From assembly GCA_050633245.1 (NCBI GenBank), contig JBOEGD010000011.1, forward strand, positions 396,985-460,984: a stretch of DNA of 64,000 bases, written 5' to 3'. The position numbers and the translations under genes were made by a program. This document shows, piece by piece, positions 1-10,831 of the stretch (position 1 is its first letter; each line of letters begins with the position of its first letter). Source of the stretch: Calditrichia bacterium. Its GTDB lineage: Bacteria; Calditrichota; Calditrichia; RBG-13-44-9; J075. Below the pieces are notes generated by a model that did not search any database, had not been told where the DNA came from, and was given only the letters and a program-made list of their open reading frames with translations.

Positions 1-1726
1 CTGAAATACCGTCCTTTGCAAGCAGTTCTGCCGCCTCAACTGCAATATGCACTTCCGAGCCGCTTCCCATCAATATCACTTGCGCATCGGGATTGTCTAC
101 TATTACGTAGGCACCTTTAAGCGTTCCTGCCGTTACCGAAGAATTTTCAAAAATCGGCAGCCCCTGTCTTGTAAAGAGTAAGGCCGTTGGACCCGTGCGA
201 TTCTCAATCGCTGCCTTCCAGGCATAGGCTGTTTCATTGGCATCTGCCGGACGAAGAACAGTTAAATTTGGAATCAGGCGCAGGCTGCTAAGCTGCTCAA
301 TTGGCTGGTGCGTTGGACCATCTTCACCCAAACCAATGGAGTCATGCGTAAACACATAAATTGACTGTTGATTCATTAGGGCAGCCAGACGAATGCTTGG
401 TCTCATATAGTCAGAGAAAATAAGAAAGGTGCCGGAATAGGGAATCAGTCCGGGAGTATGAAGCGTCATGCCATTCATGACAGCGCCCATACCGTGCTCG
501 CGAACACCATAATGAATGTAGGTGCCGCTAAAATCCTCAGAGCTTACTTCTTTTGCGCCCTTGGCGAAAGTGTTATTGGATGGCGTAAGATCCGCTGAAC
601 CACCAATTAGATTATTTAAACCCGGTGCGATTGCATTCAGAACAGCTCCGGATGCTTTGCGTGTAGCAAGAGACTTGTCAACTGGAAAGCTCGGCAGGTC
701 AGCATCCCAATTTTGTGGTAAGTCACCTGACTGATACATCTTGAATGATGCAGCTTTGTCCGGATGGGCCTCGCCATAGGAGCTGAACATCCTCTCCCAC
801 TCCGCCTGAGAAGCTTTTCCATCATCAACGATGCCGCGCATAAATGAGAGTGTATCATCATCAATAAAAAATGTCTTGTCTGTCGGAAGTCCGAGACTGG
901 TTTTGCTCAGTGCACGCTCTTCATCTCCAAGCGGTTCACCGTGTGCCTTTGATGTTCCGGCACGATTCGGGCTGCCAAAACCAATAGTTGTTTTGCAGGA
1001 AATTAATGTCGGTTTACCTGTTTCCGACTGAGCCTGCTTAATAGCGTCTGCAACAGCTGAAATATCATGTCCATCAACAGTAATTGTGTGCCACCCATAG
1101 GAACCAAAACGAGTGGGCACATCTTCAGAGAAGGATAATTCGGTTGAACCATCGATACTGATACTGTTGTCATCGTAAAGTACGATCAGCTTACCGAGTC
1201 CGAGATGACCGGCGAAAGAGGCTGCTTCATGCGAGACGCCTTCCATCAGGTCGCCGTCGCTGGCAATTGCATAAGTAAAATGATCGACGATTGCAAAATC
1301 GTTTGTATTAAAACGACCTGCCATCAATCGCTCGCCTAAGGCCATTCCAACAGCATTGGATATTCCTTGTCCCAGAGGACCGGTGGTTGTCTCCACGCCA
1401 TCAGTATGACCAAATTCCGGGTGTCCGGGTGTTTTGCTGTGTAGCTGTCGGAAAGCCTTCAACTCGTTCAGTGGTAAGTCGTAGCCGGAAAGGTGCAGTA
1501 AGCTATAGATCAACATACTTCCATGACCGGCTGAAAGAACGAAACGATCGCGATTTGCCCACTGAGGATCGCTTGGATTATGCCGCATAATGTATTTCCA
1601 TAATAGCGTGGCGCAATCTGCCATTCCCATCGGCATCCCGGGGTGTCCGGAATTTGCCTGCTGCACACCGTCCATTGAAAGTCCACGGACAATATTGGCT
1701 GCACGCTGTAATTTTTTCTGATTCAT
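1..1726 (-). CDS. tkt: Transketolase (3' end runs off the window)
   Basis: Manual translation from ATG at 1726: [34 protein letters not shown]...[13 protein letters not shown]...TPGHPE...TTGPLGQG; later [14 protein letters not shown] and [15 protein letters not shown] motifs. Absent from the ORF track because it is truncated. Confidence 0.97.
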   Translation of the reverse strand, partial: MNQKKLQRAANIVRGLSMDGVQQANSGHPGMPMGMADCATLLWKYIMRHNPSDPQWANRDRFVLSAGHGSMLIYSLLHLSGYDLPLNELKAFRQLHSKTPGHPEFGHTDGVETTTGPLGQGISNAVGMALGERLMAGRFNTNDFAIVDHFTYAIASDGDLMEGVSHEAASFAGHLGLGKLIVLYDDNSISIDGSTELSFSEDVPTRFGSYGWHTITVDGHDISAVADAIKQAQSETGKPTLISCKTTIGFGSPNRAGTSKAHGEPLGDEERALSKTSLGLPTDKTFFIDDDTLSFMRGIVDDGKASQAEWERMFSSYGEAHPDKAASFKMYQSGDLPQNWDADLPSFPVDKSLATRKASGAVLNAIAPGLNNLIGGSADLTPSNNTFAKGAKEVSSEDFSGTYIHYGVREHGMGAVMNGMTLHTPGLIPYSGTFLIFSDYMRPSIRLAALMNQQSIYVFTHDSIGLGEDGPTHQPIEQLSSLRLIPNLTVLRPADANETAYAWKAAIENRTGPTALLFTRQGLPIFENSSVTAGTLKGAYVIVDNPDAQVILMGSGSEVHIAVEAAELLAKDGIS

Positions 1727-1891
1727 TTCACGAACCTCGTAATTTTGCATGAGTTCTTCCAACGCTTCGGCTGGCTGTCAGTTAATCGCGTAAAATCTAC
1801 GCTCGTTAATTCACTTCAAGCAAGCCATTTTGATTATTTCTTTCATCGGATTAAACTGATTACAGACTGAATTCACACGAAGGGAAGACAT

Positions 1892-2365
1892 ATGCGTTTA
1901 CCATTACTCATAGTATTTATTCTATTCATTGTCGGCTGCGGCGAAGAACATTTGAATCGCGTGGCACAAACACCGGCAACAGAACAAATTGCCCAGGTTC
2001 TAAAGCAACAGGAAGAGAACTGGAATCTTGGAGACATTGACGGCTATATGGCGGGCTATATGGCATCTGATTCACTACGCTTTGCTTCCGGTGGCACTAT
2101 TAACTATGGACACCGTGCAGTTACCGAGCGCTATAAAAAACGCTATGGGAGCAAAGCTTCGATGGGCGAACTGTCGTTTGACAAGCTGGATATTCGTCCT
2201 GTAAGTGATGAAGTAGCCATTGTGTTTGGCCGCTGGCAGCTAAAACGCGCAAATGATCATCCATGGGGACTGTTTACACTGCTTTTTGAAAAGGGCACTG
2301 ATGGTTGGAAGGTCGTGCATGATCACACTTCTTCGGGGGAAGGCAACCTAACGGATAATCAGTAA
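1892..2365 (+). CDS. NTF2-like (DUF4440/SnoaL-type) lipoprotein
   Basis: Lipobox IVGC; WNLGDIDGYM...GLFTLLFEK...GWKVVHDHTS pattern typical of YybH/DUF4440 proteins. Confidence 0.8.
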   Translation: MRLPLLIVFILFIVGCGEEHLNRVAQTPATEQIAQVLKQQEENWNLGDIDGYMAGYMASDSLRFASGGTINYGHRAVTERYKKRYGSKASMGELSFDKLDIRPVSDEVAIVFGRWQLKRANDHPWGLFTLLFEKGTDGWKVVHDHTSSGEGNLTDNQ

Positions 2366-2459
2366 TTTTTAGATCATAAAGATTTCTATTGAACAAGTGC
2401 TGCAAGTTTGCTAAGTATTAATAGAACCTGAACAGCGTTCAATGCTATAAGGAGTTTTA

Positions 2460-4463
2460 ATGCAGCTTTCACCAAAAGAGATCAAAGTATTGTCTGCAGC
2501 ATGTGATGCGATAATCCCTTCTATCGATATACCGGGAGAGAATGAAGCATTTTTGAAACGTAAGGCGTCCGATTTGCCCGTCGCCACCGAAATTGCGCGA
2601 ACCATTTCCGGACTCAAACCGGAAGATCAAAAAGAATTTAAACAGCTGCTCTTCCTGCTGGGATCTCCGCTTTTAGGAGCAACCTGGTTTGGGCCTCCAA
2701 AGGGAATTCTTGCTTTATCAAATGAGCAACGCGAGAAGCTGATGCAAAGTTGGTGCAATAGCAAACTATCTGATTTGCGTAAAGCCTTTCAAACACTTAA
2801 AAAACTCAGCTGCTTTATTTTTTACGGGTATAGTGACAATCAGGATAATCCAAACTGGCAAGCCATAGGTTATCCCGGTCCACTTTCCGAACCTCCGACA
2901 CAATCCGATACACGTATTGCAACAACCGCAATTCCCACTGACGGACGATTTAATTGCGAAGTTCTAGTCATTGGTAGCGGAGCAGGTGGGGGAGTGGCAG
3001 CTGGAGAATTAGCCGAGGCAGGTCAGGACGTTATCGTTGTTGAAAAAGGCGGCAATTATTCCGAGACAGATTTTACGCAGCGTGAACAGGAGATGGTTCT
3101 TAAACTTTACGACTCAAACGGTGCGCTGGTAACCAGCGATGGAGGTGTAACGGTGTTTGCCGGAAGCTGTCTTGGTGGGGGCACCACTGTAAATTGGGCA
3201 GGTGCCTTCAGAACGCCTGATTATATTTTGCAATCCTGGGCAGACAATCATCAGGCGCCACATTTTTTGTCAGAAGAATATAAGCAAAGTTTCGAAGCTA
3301 TTGAGAAAGCCACATCGATTAACTTGAATGAGTCTCCACACAACCCACAAAATCAGGCGTTATGGGATGGCTGCGAGAAGCTCGGCTACGACAAAAAGCT
3401 GATTGCTCGAAACTCCGACGGCTGTAGCAAAGATGACTGTCAGAGCTGCGGCTATTGTGGTTTCGGTTGTCAGCGTGGCGCAAAAAAGGGCACCTTAAAA
3501 ACATTCCTGCAGCGCGCCTCCGATGCAGGTGCTCGCTTTATCACCGGATGTGAGATCGATCGCATTCTCATTCGCGATTGCGCAGCTATCGGTGCTGAAG
3601 GCGTTGTCATTAATGGCGAAGGACATCGCCAGCGAATTACCATTCACGCCGAAAAGGTTGTCTTGGCTGCCGGATCGATTCACACGCCTGCTGTACTGAT
3701 GCGCAGCGGTCTGGAACACCCGCATTTAGGTAAACATTTGTATTTCCATCCTACGGTAGCTGTGAGCGCGACGTATAAGCATGTCGTCAATTCCTGGTGG
3801 GGACAAATGATGTCAGCCGTATCCGATGAATTTACACAGCTCAACGGCAACTATGGATTCAAGTTGGAAACGCCTCCCGTTCATAGCGGCACGATTGGAC
3901 TCGCCATGCCATGGACAAGCGGACGTGAGCACAAAGAAGGCATGTTGAAGGCCCAAAGACGAGCTAATTTTATTGTTCTTACCCGAGACCGGGATGGTGG
4001 AAGCGTCTCATTAAGTAAATCGCGTAAGCCGGTGCTGCACTATAAGTTGAGTGCGTTCGACAAAAAGCATGTTCTTCGTGGCATTGAAGAATCGGTGCGT
4101 ATTCACCTTGCTGCAGGTGCGGAGGAAGTATTGGTTCCGCATAACAAGCGGCCGATATTTAAAGCCGATCAGGGCGTAGACAAGTTGGAACAGTTTCTTG
4201 CTACTATTCCAAACCTCAGCTGGAAGGCAAATCAATTTCCACTCTTTACTGCACATCAAATGGGTACGTGTCGAATGGGTGGGAATGAGCGAACTCACCC
4301 TGTGGCTCCTGATGGTAGCTTTAGAGGCGTTCGAAATTTGTACATTGGAGATGCCAGTGCATTTCCGGAATGCAGTGGTGCGAACCCAATGGTGTCCATA
4401 CAAGCCATGACGCACTACACCACCATGCAAATAAAATCATCACTCAACGTAACTGCGGTTTAA
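2460..4463 (+). CDS. GMC-family FAD oxidoreductase, long-chain fatty alcohol oxidase-like
   Basis: VIGSGAGGGV Rossmann motif, GSCLGGGTTVN, CGYCGFGC, AHQMGTCRMG, GANPM; N-terminal extension similar to FAO-type enzymes. Confidence 0.85.
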   Translation: MQLSPKEIKVLSAACDAIIPSIDIPGENEAFLKRKASDLPVATEIARTISGLKPEDQKEFKQLLFLLGSPLLGATWFGPPKGILALSNEQREKLMQSWCNSKLSDLRKAFQTLKKLSCFIFYGYSDNQDNPNWQAIGYPGPLSEPPTQSDTRIATTAIPTDGRFNCEVLVIGSGAGGGVAAGELAEAGQDVIVVEKGGNYSETDFTQREQEMVLKLYDSNGALVTSDGGVTVFAGSCLGGGTTVNWAGAFRTPDYILQSWADNHQAPHFLSEEYKQSFEAIEKATSINLNESPHNPQNQALWDGCEKLGYDKKLIARNSDGCSKDDCQSCGYCGFGCQRGAKKGTLKTFLQRASDAGARFITGCEIDRILIRDCAAIGAEGVVINGEGHRQRITIHAEKVVLAAGSIHTPAVLMRSGLEHPHLGKHLYFHPTVAVSATYKHVVNSWWGQMMSAVSDEFTQLNGNYGFKLETPPVHSGTIGLAMPWTSGREHKEGMLKAQRRANFIVLTRDRDGGSVSLSKSRKPVLHYKLSAFDKKHVLRGIEESVRIHLAAGAEEVLVPHNKRPIFKADQGVDKLEQFLATIPNLSWKANQFPLFTAHQMGTCRMGGNERTHPVAPDGSFRGVRNLYIGDASAFPECSGANPMVSIQAMTHYTTMQIKSSLNVTAV

Positions 4464-4467
4464 TTCG

Positions 4468-4968
4468 ATGGGAGACATAACAATGTTCTCATGTGCAGAT
4501 ATATCTGACGAACACGAACAACACCTTCAGTATGCCGAGCCGCTGTTTAAGCATTACGGCGGCAAAGCGCAGTTTTACGGTCCGATAAAAACAGTAAAAG
4601 TATTTGAAGATAATGTGCTGGTGAAGAATTACCTGTCTCAATCCGGAGACGGGCATGTTTTGGTGGTTGACGGCGGTGCTTCTTTGCGCTATGCATTAGT
4701 TGGAGATCGCCTGGCTTCAATGGCGGTGGAGAATGGTTGGGCAGGTATTGTTATAAATGGCTGTATTCGCGATTCATTGGAGATCTATGATATTGCGATT
4801 GGCATTCGAGCATTAAATACACACCCAAGGCGCAGCATAAAGAAAGGGGAGGGCAGTATTGACATACCTGTCCGCTTTGCTGGTGTTGACTTTTCGCCCG
4901 GCATGTCTCTTTACGCCGATGAAGATGGAATGATCGTTGCGTCTACGCCATTACTCGGTGAGCGGTGA
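4468..4968 (+). CDS. rraA: RraA family (RNase E regulator / HMG aldolase-like)
   Basis: VKVFEDN, VLVVDGG, ALVGD, GWAGIVINGCIRD, YADEDG motifs. Confidence 0.9.
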   Translation: MGDITMFSCADISDEHEQHLQYAEPLFKHYGGKAQFYGPIKTVKVFEDNVLVKNYLSQSGDGHVLVVDGGASLRYALVGDRLASMAVENGWAGIVINGCIRDSLEIYDIAIGIRALNTHPRRSIKKGEGSIDIPVRFAGVDFSPGMSLYADEDGMIVASTPLLGER

Positions 4969-5018
4969 AGAATATATCTTGCATGTAGAACACAAGAATT
5001 ATTTCCTGACACCTGATT

Positions 5019-5300
5019 TTATTCAACCTCAACGCCCCGCCAAAAAGCTACGTGATCTTTGATCTCGCTTGCCGCTTCTTTTGGTGCCGGATAATACCAT
5101 GCTGCACCGGCATTCGTGGCTTCGCCAACGACAATATCATAATAACTCGCCGTGCCTTTCCAGGGACAAACACTGGTATTCTCGTTCGACTTAAAATAGT
5201 CCATGTTGAGTGATTCTTTCGGGAAGTAATAATTTCCTTCGACGACGACGCCATCTTCTGATTGTGCTAATACCACACCGTTCCAAGTTGCCTTTGGCAT
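5019..5300 (-). CDS. DUF427 (nucleotidyltransferase-like) protein
   Basis: VEGNYYFP, CPWKGTASYY, AAWYYP, VAFWRGV motifs. Confidence 0.9.
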   Translation of the reverse strand: MPKATWNGVVLAQSEDGVVVEGNYYFPKESLNMDYFKSNENTSVCPWKGTASYYDIVVGEATNAGAAWYYPAPKEAASEIKDHVAFWRGVEVE

Positions 5301-5383
5301 ATGATCTCCATTGATGAATTATGGTTCATGAATTATGATTTAACAACAGGTGTCAAGGGTCAGTTGTCAATTCCTTCTCGCTA

Positions 5384-5467
5384 TTTCTGACTGTTTCTCA
5401 CTTACTCCCTCAGACACGCGAAGCAGCTCGCAATCAACTACCTGTTTCTGACTGTTTCTCACTTACT
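5384..5467. repeat. Two exact 23-bp direct repeats TTTCTGACTGTTTCTCACTTACT separated by 38 bp
   Basis: Copies at 5384-5406 and 5445-5467, read directly. Confidence 0.9.
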
Positions 5468-5484
5468 TATCAAGATCGCTCTGA

Positions 5485-5504
5485 CTTCGACTCCGCTCAG
5501 TCTG
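5485..5504. repeat. REP-like motif CTTCGACTCCGCTCAGTCTG (single copy)
   Basis: Resembles the CTTCGACTCCGCTCAG extragenic repeat I recall from Bacteroidota genomes; only one copy in this window. Confidence 0.4.
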
Positions 5505-5628
5505 CCGCGATAGCAATTGCCTTATTGCCCAATCTACCATTTCAACTCTATCAAAATCAACTATCTGAAGAAATCATTTACAAAATCATTGAACACAAAA
5601 AAATATAGGCTTAATTTATAGCAAATGA

Positions 5629-6579
<951 letters not shown>

Positions 6580-6592
6580 AGTATTTTCAACC

Positions 6593-6630
6593 AAAGTTAA
6601 GGTCGTTGGTGAAACGACCTTAACTTTTTT
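6593..6630 (+). terminator. Intrinsic terminator after mdh
   Basis: Perfect stem AAAGTTAAGGTCGTT/AACGACCTTAACTTT running into a T-tract. Confidence 0.9.
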
Positions 6631-6764
6631 CCTGCCACCGATTCTCCTTCATTAGTTTTTTTCCTGTATTGCCTTCCAATCTTTCATAATGTATTTTTCA
6701 GCGCTTTAATTGAATTCTGCACAGCTTTATCACGTAACATTAACACGATCAATGAGGTGGTGAA

Positions 6765-7988
6765 ATGAAAAACTCGCAGTATTACATGGATCTGGAAGAT
6801 AAGTATGGAGCTCACAATTACCACCCGTTGGGTGTTGTTATTTCAAGAGGCGAAGGCATTTGGGTTTGGGATGCCGAAGGTAAAAAGTATATGGACTTTT
6901 TGTCTGCCTATTCTGCAGTAAACCAAGGCCATTGTCACCCGAAAATTGTTGGAGCACTCAAAGAACAAGCCGACGTGTTAACACTAACCTCAAGAGCATT
7001 CTACAATGACGTTCTTGGTGAGTACGAAAAATACATCACGACGCTTTTTGGCTACGACAAAGTTCTTCCGATGAACACCGGCGTCGAAGGCGGAGAAACG
7101 GCAGTGAAGCTGGCTCGAAAATGGGGCTATACCGTTAAAGGAATTCCGGCAAATAAAGCAAAGCTTGTTTTTGCAGCTGGCAATTTCTGGGGCAGAACGC
7201 TCGGAGCAATCTCTTCTTCAACCGACCCCGATTGTTATGAAGGTTTTGGGCCGTATATGCCGGGTTATGAAGTTGTGCCTTACAATGATCTTGATGCACT
7301 GGAAAAAGCGTTTGAAGATCCAAACGTTGCCGGCTTTATGGTCGAGCCGATTCAAGGTGAGGCAGGCGTTGTTGTGCCACAAGAGGGCTACCTCAAAAAA
7401 GCTTACGAAATGTGCCGTGCTAAAAATGTCTTGCTGATCTGCGATGAAGTTCAAACGGGTCTGGCAAGAACCGGTAAGCGCCTTGCTTCCGATTACGATA
7501 ATATTAAACCCGATATCGTTATTCTCGGTAAGGCTCTTTCTGGCGGTGTGTTGCCTGTTTCTGCTGTTTTAGCAAACGACGAAATTATGCTATCGATAAA
7601 GCCGGGTGAGCACGGTTCTACCTATGGTGGAAATCCGCTAGCCTGTAAGGTTGCGATTGCAGCACTGGAAGTTCTGGAAGAAGAGAATCTTGCAGACAAT
7701 GCACTAAAACTCGGTGAACTGTTCCGCAAGGAAATGACCGCGATTGCCAAAAACAATGATTTGGTAACGACTGTCCGTGGTAAAGGTCTGTTAAACGCGA
7801 TAGTTATTCGCCCGACCGAAAGTGGCAAAACGGCTTGGGACGTCTGTGAGGCACTCGCTAAGGAAGGCCTTCTGGCAAAGCCGACACATGGCGATATCAT
7901 TCGTTTTGCACCTCCATTGGTAATTGATGAAGCTGGTATTCACTGGGCGCTTGAGCGCATTGAAAGCGTTCTCAAGACGATCAATTAA
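6765..7988 (+). CDS. rocD: Ornithine-oxo-acid aminotransferase
   Basis: [51 protein letters not shown]. Confidence 0.96.
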   Translation: MKNSQYYMDLEDKYGAHNYHPLGVVISRGEGIWVWDAEGKKYMDFLSAYSAVNQGHCHPKIVGALKEQADVLTLTSRAFYNDVLGEYEKYITTLFGYDKVLPMNTGVEGGETAVKLARKWGYTVKGIPANKAKLVFAAGNFWGRTLGAISSSTDPDCYEGFGPYMPGYEVVPYNDLDALEKAFEDPNVAGFMVEPIQGEAGVVVPQEGYLKKAYEMCRAKNVLLICDEVQTGLARTGKRLASDYDNIKPDIVILGKALSGGVLPVSAVLANDEIMLSIKPGEHGSTYGGNPLACKVAIAALEVLEEENLADNALKLGELFRKEMTAIAKNNDLVTTVRGKGLLNAIVIRPTESGKTAWDVCEALAKEGLLAKPTHGDIIRFAPPLVIDEAGIHWALERIESVLKTIN

Positions 7989-8006
7989 GTCAATGGAGTT
8001 CACCGC

Positions 8007-8948
8007 ATGAAAATATTAATATCAGATAAATCGTCCGCAATTTGTGGCGAAATACTGGAGCAGGGCGGACATTCAGTGGATGTTCGAACTGGTCTGTCAC
8101 CAGAGGAGCTGAAATCTATAATCGGCGATTATCATGGACTTGTGGTGCGAAGTGCTACCACAGTTACTGCCGATCTGTTAGAGGCAGCTAATAACCTGCG
8201 CGTCATTGGGCGTGCTGGCACCGGAGTCGACAATATCGATTTGGAAGCAGCACGTTCAAGAGATATTCTGGTAATGAATACACCGGGAGGAAACTCGAAC
8301 GCAGTGGCCGAGATTGTGCTGGCGCAAATGCTGGGGTTAACCCGTTCGCTTTACCAGGCCTGTAGTTCTTTGAAGAGTGAGCGGTGGGAGAAAAAGTCAT
8401 TCTCCGGCGGTGAAATAATGGGAAAGACAGTGGGAATCCTTGGGTATGGACGAGTTAGCAGATTGCTTGCTAAAAAATGTATGGCTCTGGGGATGGTTGT
8501 TCTATGCAACGATCCAAAAATCAGCAAAGATATTCTGGATAGCGACGGCATTTCAATTCGAGGAAACCTTGATGATGTATTAGGCCAATCTGATTTCCTC
8601 TCGGTGCATCTTAGCAAGCGGGATAATACGCTTAACTTTCTGGCCGATGCCGAATTTGCTAAAATAAAGAAAGGCTGTTTTTTACTCAATTATGCTCGTG
8701 GCGGGATTGTCAATGAAAGTGCATTGATCTCCGCGCTTGACAATAACACTTTGGCAGGTGCAGCTCTTGATGTGTTCTCAACCGAACCGCCTGTAGACTT
8801 CACGTTGATTCAACATGAAAAAGTTATTGCTACGCCCCATATTGGAGCAGCATCAAAAGAGTCTCAGGAAAACGTCGCGGCCATGGTTGCCGAGCAGTTC
8901 GTTGAGTTTTTTGCTGGTAAACAGGCCAGGAATGTGGTAAACAAGTAG
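8007..8948 (+). CDS. serA: D-3-phosphoglycerate dehydrogenase-like 2-hydroxyacid dehydrogenase (no ACT domain)
   Basis: VVRSAT, GRAGTGVDNID, NTPGGN, NYARGG, LDVFSTEPP, TPHIGA; short form. Confidence 0.75.
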   Translation: MKILISDKSSAICGEILEQGGHSVDVRTGLSPEELKSIIGDYHGLVVRSATTVTADLLEAANNLRVIGRAGTGVDNIDLEAARSRDILVMNTPGGNSNAVAEIVLAQMLGLTRSLYQACSSLKSERWEKKSFSGGEIMGKTVGILGYGRVSRLLAKKCMALGMVVLCNDPKISKDILDSDGISIRGNLDDVLGQSDFLSVHLSKRDNTLNFLADAEFAKIKKGCFLLNYARGGIVNESALISALDNNTLAGAALDVFSTEPPVDFTLIQHEKVIATPHIGAASKESQENVAAMVAEQFVEFFAGKQARNVVNK

Positions 8949-8991
8949 AGAGATTGCTCTCTTATACAGCTATCAATAGAGGAGAAGTAAT

Positions 8992-9876
8992 ATGATAAAT
9001 GACAAACAATATAAGATAAAAGTGGGATTGGCTGAGATGCTCAAGGGTGGCGTTATTATGGATGTTACCAATGTTGAGCAAGCAAAGATTGCTGAAGATG
9101 CGGGCGCCGTTGCAGTGATGGCCCTTGAGCGCATTCCTGCTGATATTCGTGCACATGGTGGCGTTGCTCGCATGAGTGATCCCAAGCTTGTTCGTGAAAT
9201 CCAGGATGCGGTATCCATACCGGTAATGGCAAAGTGCCGAATTGGCCATATAGCTGAAGCACAGATTCTGGAAAGTCTGAAAGTAGACTTTATCGATGAA
9301 AGCGAAGTGCTTACTCCGGCTGATGAAGAGTTTCATATTGATAAGCACCCGTACAAAGTGCCGTTTGTATGCGGTTGCCGCAATCTTGGTGAGGCGTTAC
9401 GACGTATTTCCGAGGGGGCTGCCTTAATTCGTACCAAAGGGGAGCCGGGAACCGGAAATATTGTCGAGGCTGTCCGTCACATGCGCTCCGTGCAAAAGGA
9501 GATTCGCGAAGTAACGGTTATGGGGCAGGAAGAGTTGGTAACGTTCGCCAAGACAATCGGCGCACCGGTCGAGATTGTTCGTTACATCAATGAGCATGGA
9601 AAACTGCCGGTTCCAAACTTTGCAGCTGGCGGTATTGCAACTCCGGCCGACGCGTCACTAATGATGCAGCTTGGTGCTGAAACCGTATTTGTTGGAAGTG
9701 GAATCTATAAGTCTGAGGATCCACCGGCACGCGCACGCGCCATCGTTTCCGCAACGACCCACTACACAGATTTTGATTTGATCGCCAAGGTTTCTGAAGG
9801 ATTAAAAGATGCCATGCCCGGTCTGGAAATATCTTCTATTCCCGACAATGAAATTATGCAGGACCGCGGCTGGTAA
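8992..9876 (+). CDS. pdxS: Pyridoxal 5'-phosphate synthase lyase subunit
   Basis: [43 protein letters not shown]-terminal MQDRGW. Confidence 0.98.
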   Translation: MINDKQYKIKVGLAEMLKGGVIMDVTNVEQAKIAEDAGAVAVMALERIPADIRAHGGVARMSDPKLVREIQDAVSIPVMAKCRIGHIAEAQILESLKVDFIDESEVLTPADEEFHIDKHPYKVPFVCGCRNLGEALRRISEGAALIRTKGEPGTGNIVEAVRHMRSVQKEIREVTVMGQEELVTFAKTIGAPVEIVRYINEHGKLPVPNFAAGGIATPADASLMMQLGAETVFVGSGIYKSEDPPARARAIVSATTHYTDFDLIAKVSEGLKDAMPGLEISSIPDNEIMQDRGW

Positions 9877-9884
9877 TTAGTTTC

Positions 9885-9914
9885 GTAGTGGGAGAGTTCC
9901 TCCCACTGCTTTTT
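9885..9914 (+). terminator. Terminator-like hairpin between pdxS and pdxT
   Basis: GTAGTGGGAG-agttc-CTCCCACTGC followed by TTTTT. Confidence 0.65.
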
Positions 9915-9938
9915 ATTGATATTGACTTGGTACAATTG

Positions 9939-10520
9939 ATGAAAATTGGTGTTTTAGCTCTTCAGGGCAACTTCTCGCTTCATGCGGACCGGCTTGAAGA
10001 GCTGGATGTTCAGGCTGTTTATATAAAGAAACCTGAGCAGCTGCGCGAATGTGATGGCTTAATCCTTCCCGGCGGCGAGTCTACAACCCTTGTTAAGCTA
10101 CTCGATGAAGTAAGCCTCGGTGAGGCGATTGTTGAGTTCAATAAAGAACGACCCGTTTTTGGCACCTGTGCGGGGGCAATTCTGGTGAGCAGGGAAGTTC
10201 AAAATCACCCGGTTAAACCATTAAACTTACTGAATACAGTTATCTCGCGTAATGCCTATGGACGCCAGGTCGACTCGTTCGATCAGATAGTTGAACTCAA
10301 GCTCGGGGAAAAAACCGTGCAGTCCTCTGCGGTATTTATCCGTGCACCGAAGTTTATTTCCACCGGTCCTGATGTTGCCGTCCTTGGCACGCATAATGGT
10401 GATATTATTATGGTCGAGAATGAGCGCGTGCTCGCTGCAACGTTTCACCCTGAGCTGACAGATGATCCTACCGTGCACCGCTATTTCTTAAAGAAAGTGC
10501 GCTCATTTTCCCAGCACTGA
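9939..10520 (+). CDS. pdxT: PLP synthase glutaminase subunit
   Basis: GVLALQG, LPGGESTT, GTCAG, RNAYGRQVDSF, FIRAP, FHPEL; start moved to ATG 9939 (MKIGVLAL). Confidence 0.97.
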   Translation: MKIGVLALQGNFSLHADRLEELDVQAVYIKKPEQLRECDGLILPGGESTTLVKLLDEVSLGEAIVEFNKERPVFGTCAGAILVSREVQNHPVKPLNLLNTVISRNAYGRQVDSFDQIVELKLGEKTVQSSAVFIRAPKFISTGPDVAVLGTHNGDIIMVENERVLAATFHPELTDDPTVHRYFLKKVRSFSQH

Positions 10521-10560
10521 TGAAGGTTCCATCCCACTTTGACTAAACCTTTTTATCGTC

Positions 10561-10589
10561 TTGACTCTTCCCGCGCATCCGCCTAAATT
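10561..10589 (+). promoter_or_regulatory. Sigma70-type promoter of the rib operon
   Basis: TTGACT-17 bp-TAAATT immediately upstream of the riboswitch. Confidence 0.6.
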
Positions 10590-10595
10590 CATGGC

Positions 10596-10728
10596 AGATC
10601 TTCGGGGCATGGTGATCCTGAAAGGGAAATTCCTGACCGGCGGTAAAAGTCCGCGACTCCACATAAAACCTGTGGATTGAATCGGTGCAATTCCGATACC
10701 GACGGTATAGTCCGGATGGGAGAAGATC
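10596..10728 (+). ncRNA. FMN riboswitch (RFN element)
   Basis: ATCTTCGGGGCATGGTGA...AATTCCTGACCGGCGGTAAAAGTCCGCGA...GAATCGGTGCAATTCCGATACCGACGGTATAGTCCGGATGGGAGAAGAT; upstream of ribD and followed by a hairpin and T-tracts. Confidence 0.96.
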
Positions 10729-10831
10729 ATTTTCATCCAAAGCGATAAAGGCATATTACGTGCTTTTTTTCGCCCTATCTTTTTTTGTACCCGCCTCGAC
10801 GATCCGAAAAAAAATCCGTTAAAAAACTTGG

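Noticed and set aside
522-1704. Short ORFs listed in the track at the window start
   Set aside because: All overlap the truncated transketolase gene in other frames or on the other strand
5384-5467. CRISPR array
   Set aside because: Only two repeats, non-palindromic and internally periodic, with no cas genes in the window; kept as an unexplained repeat
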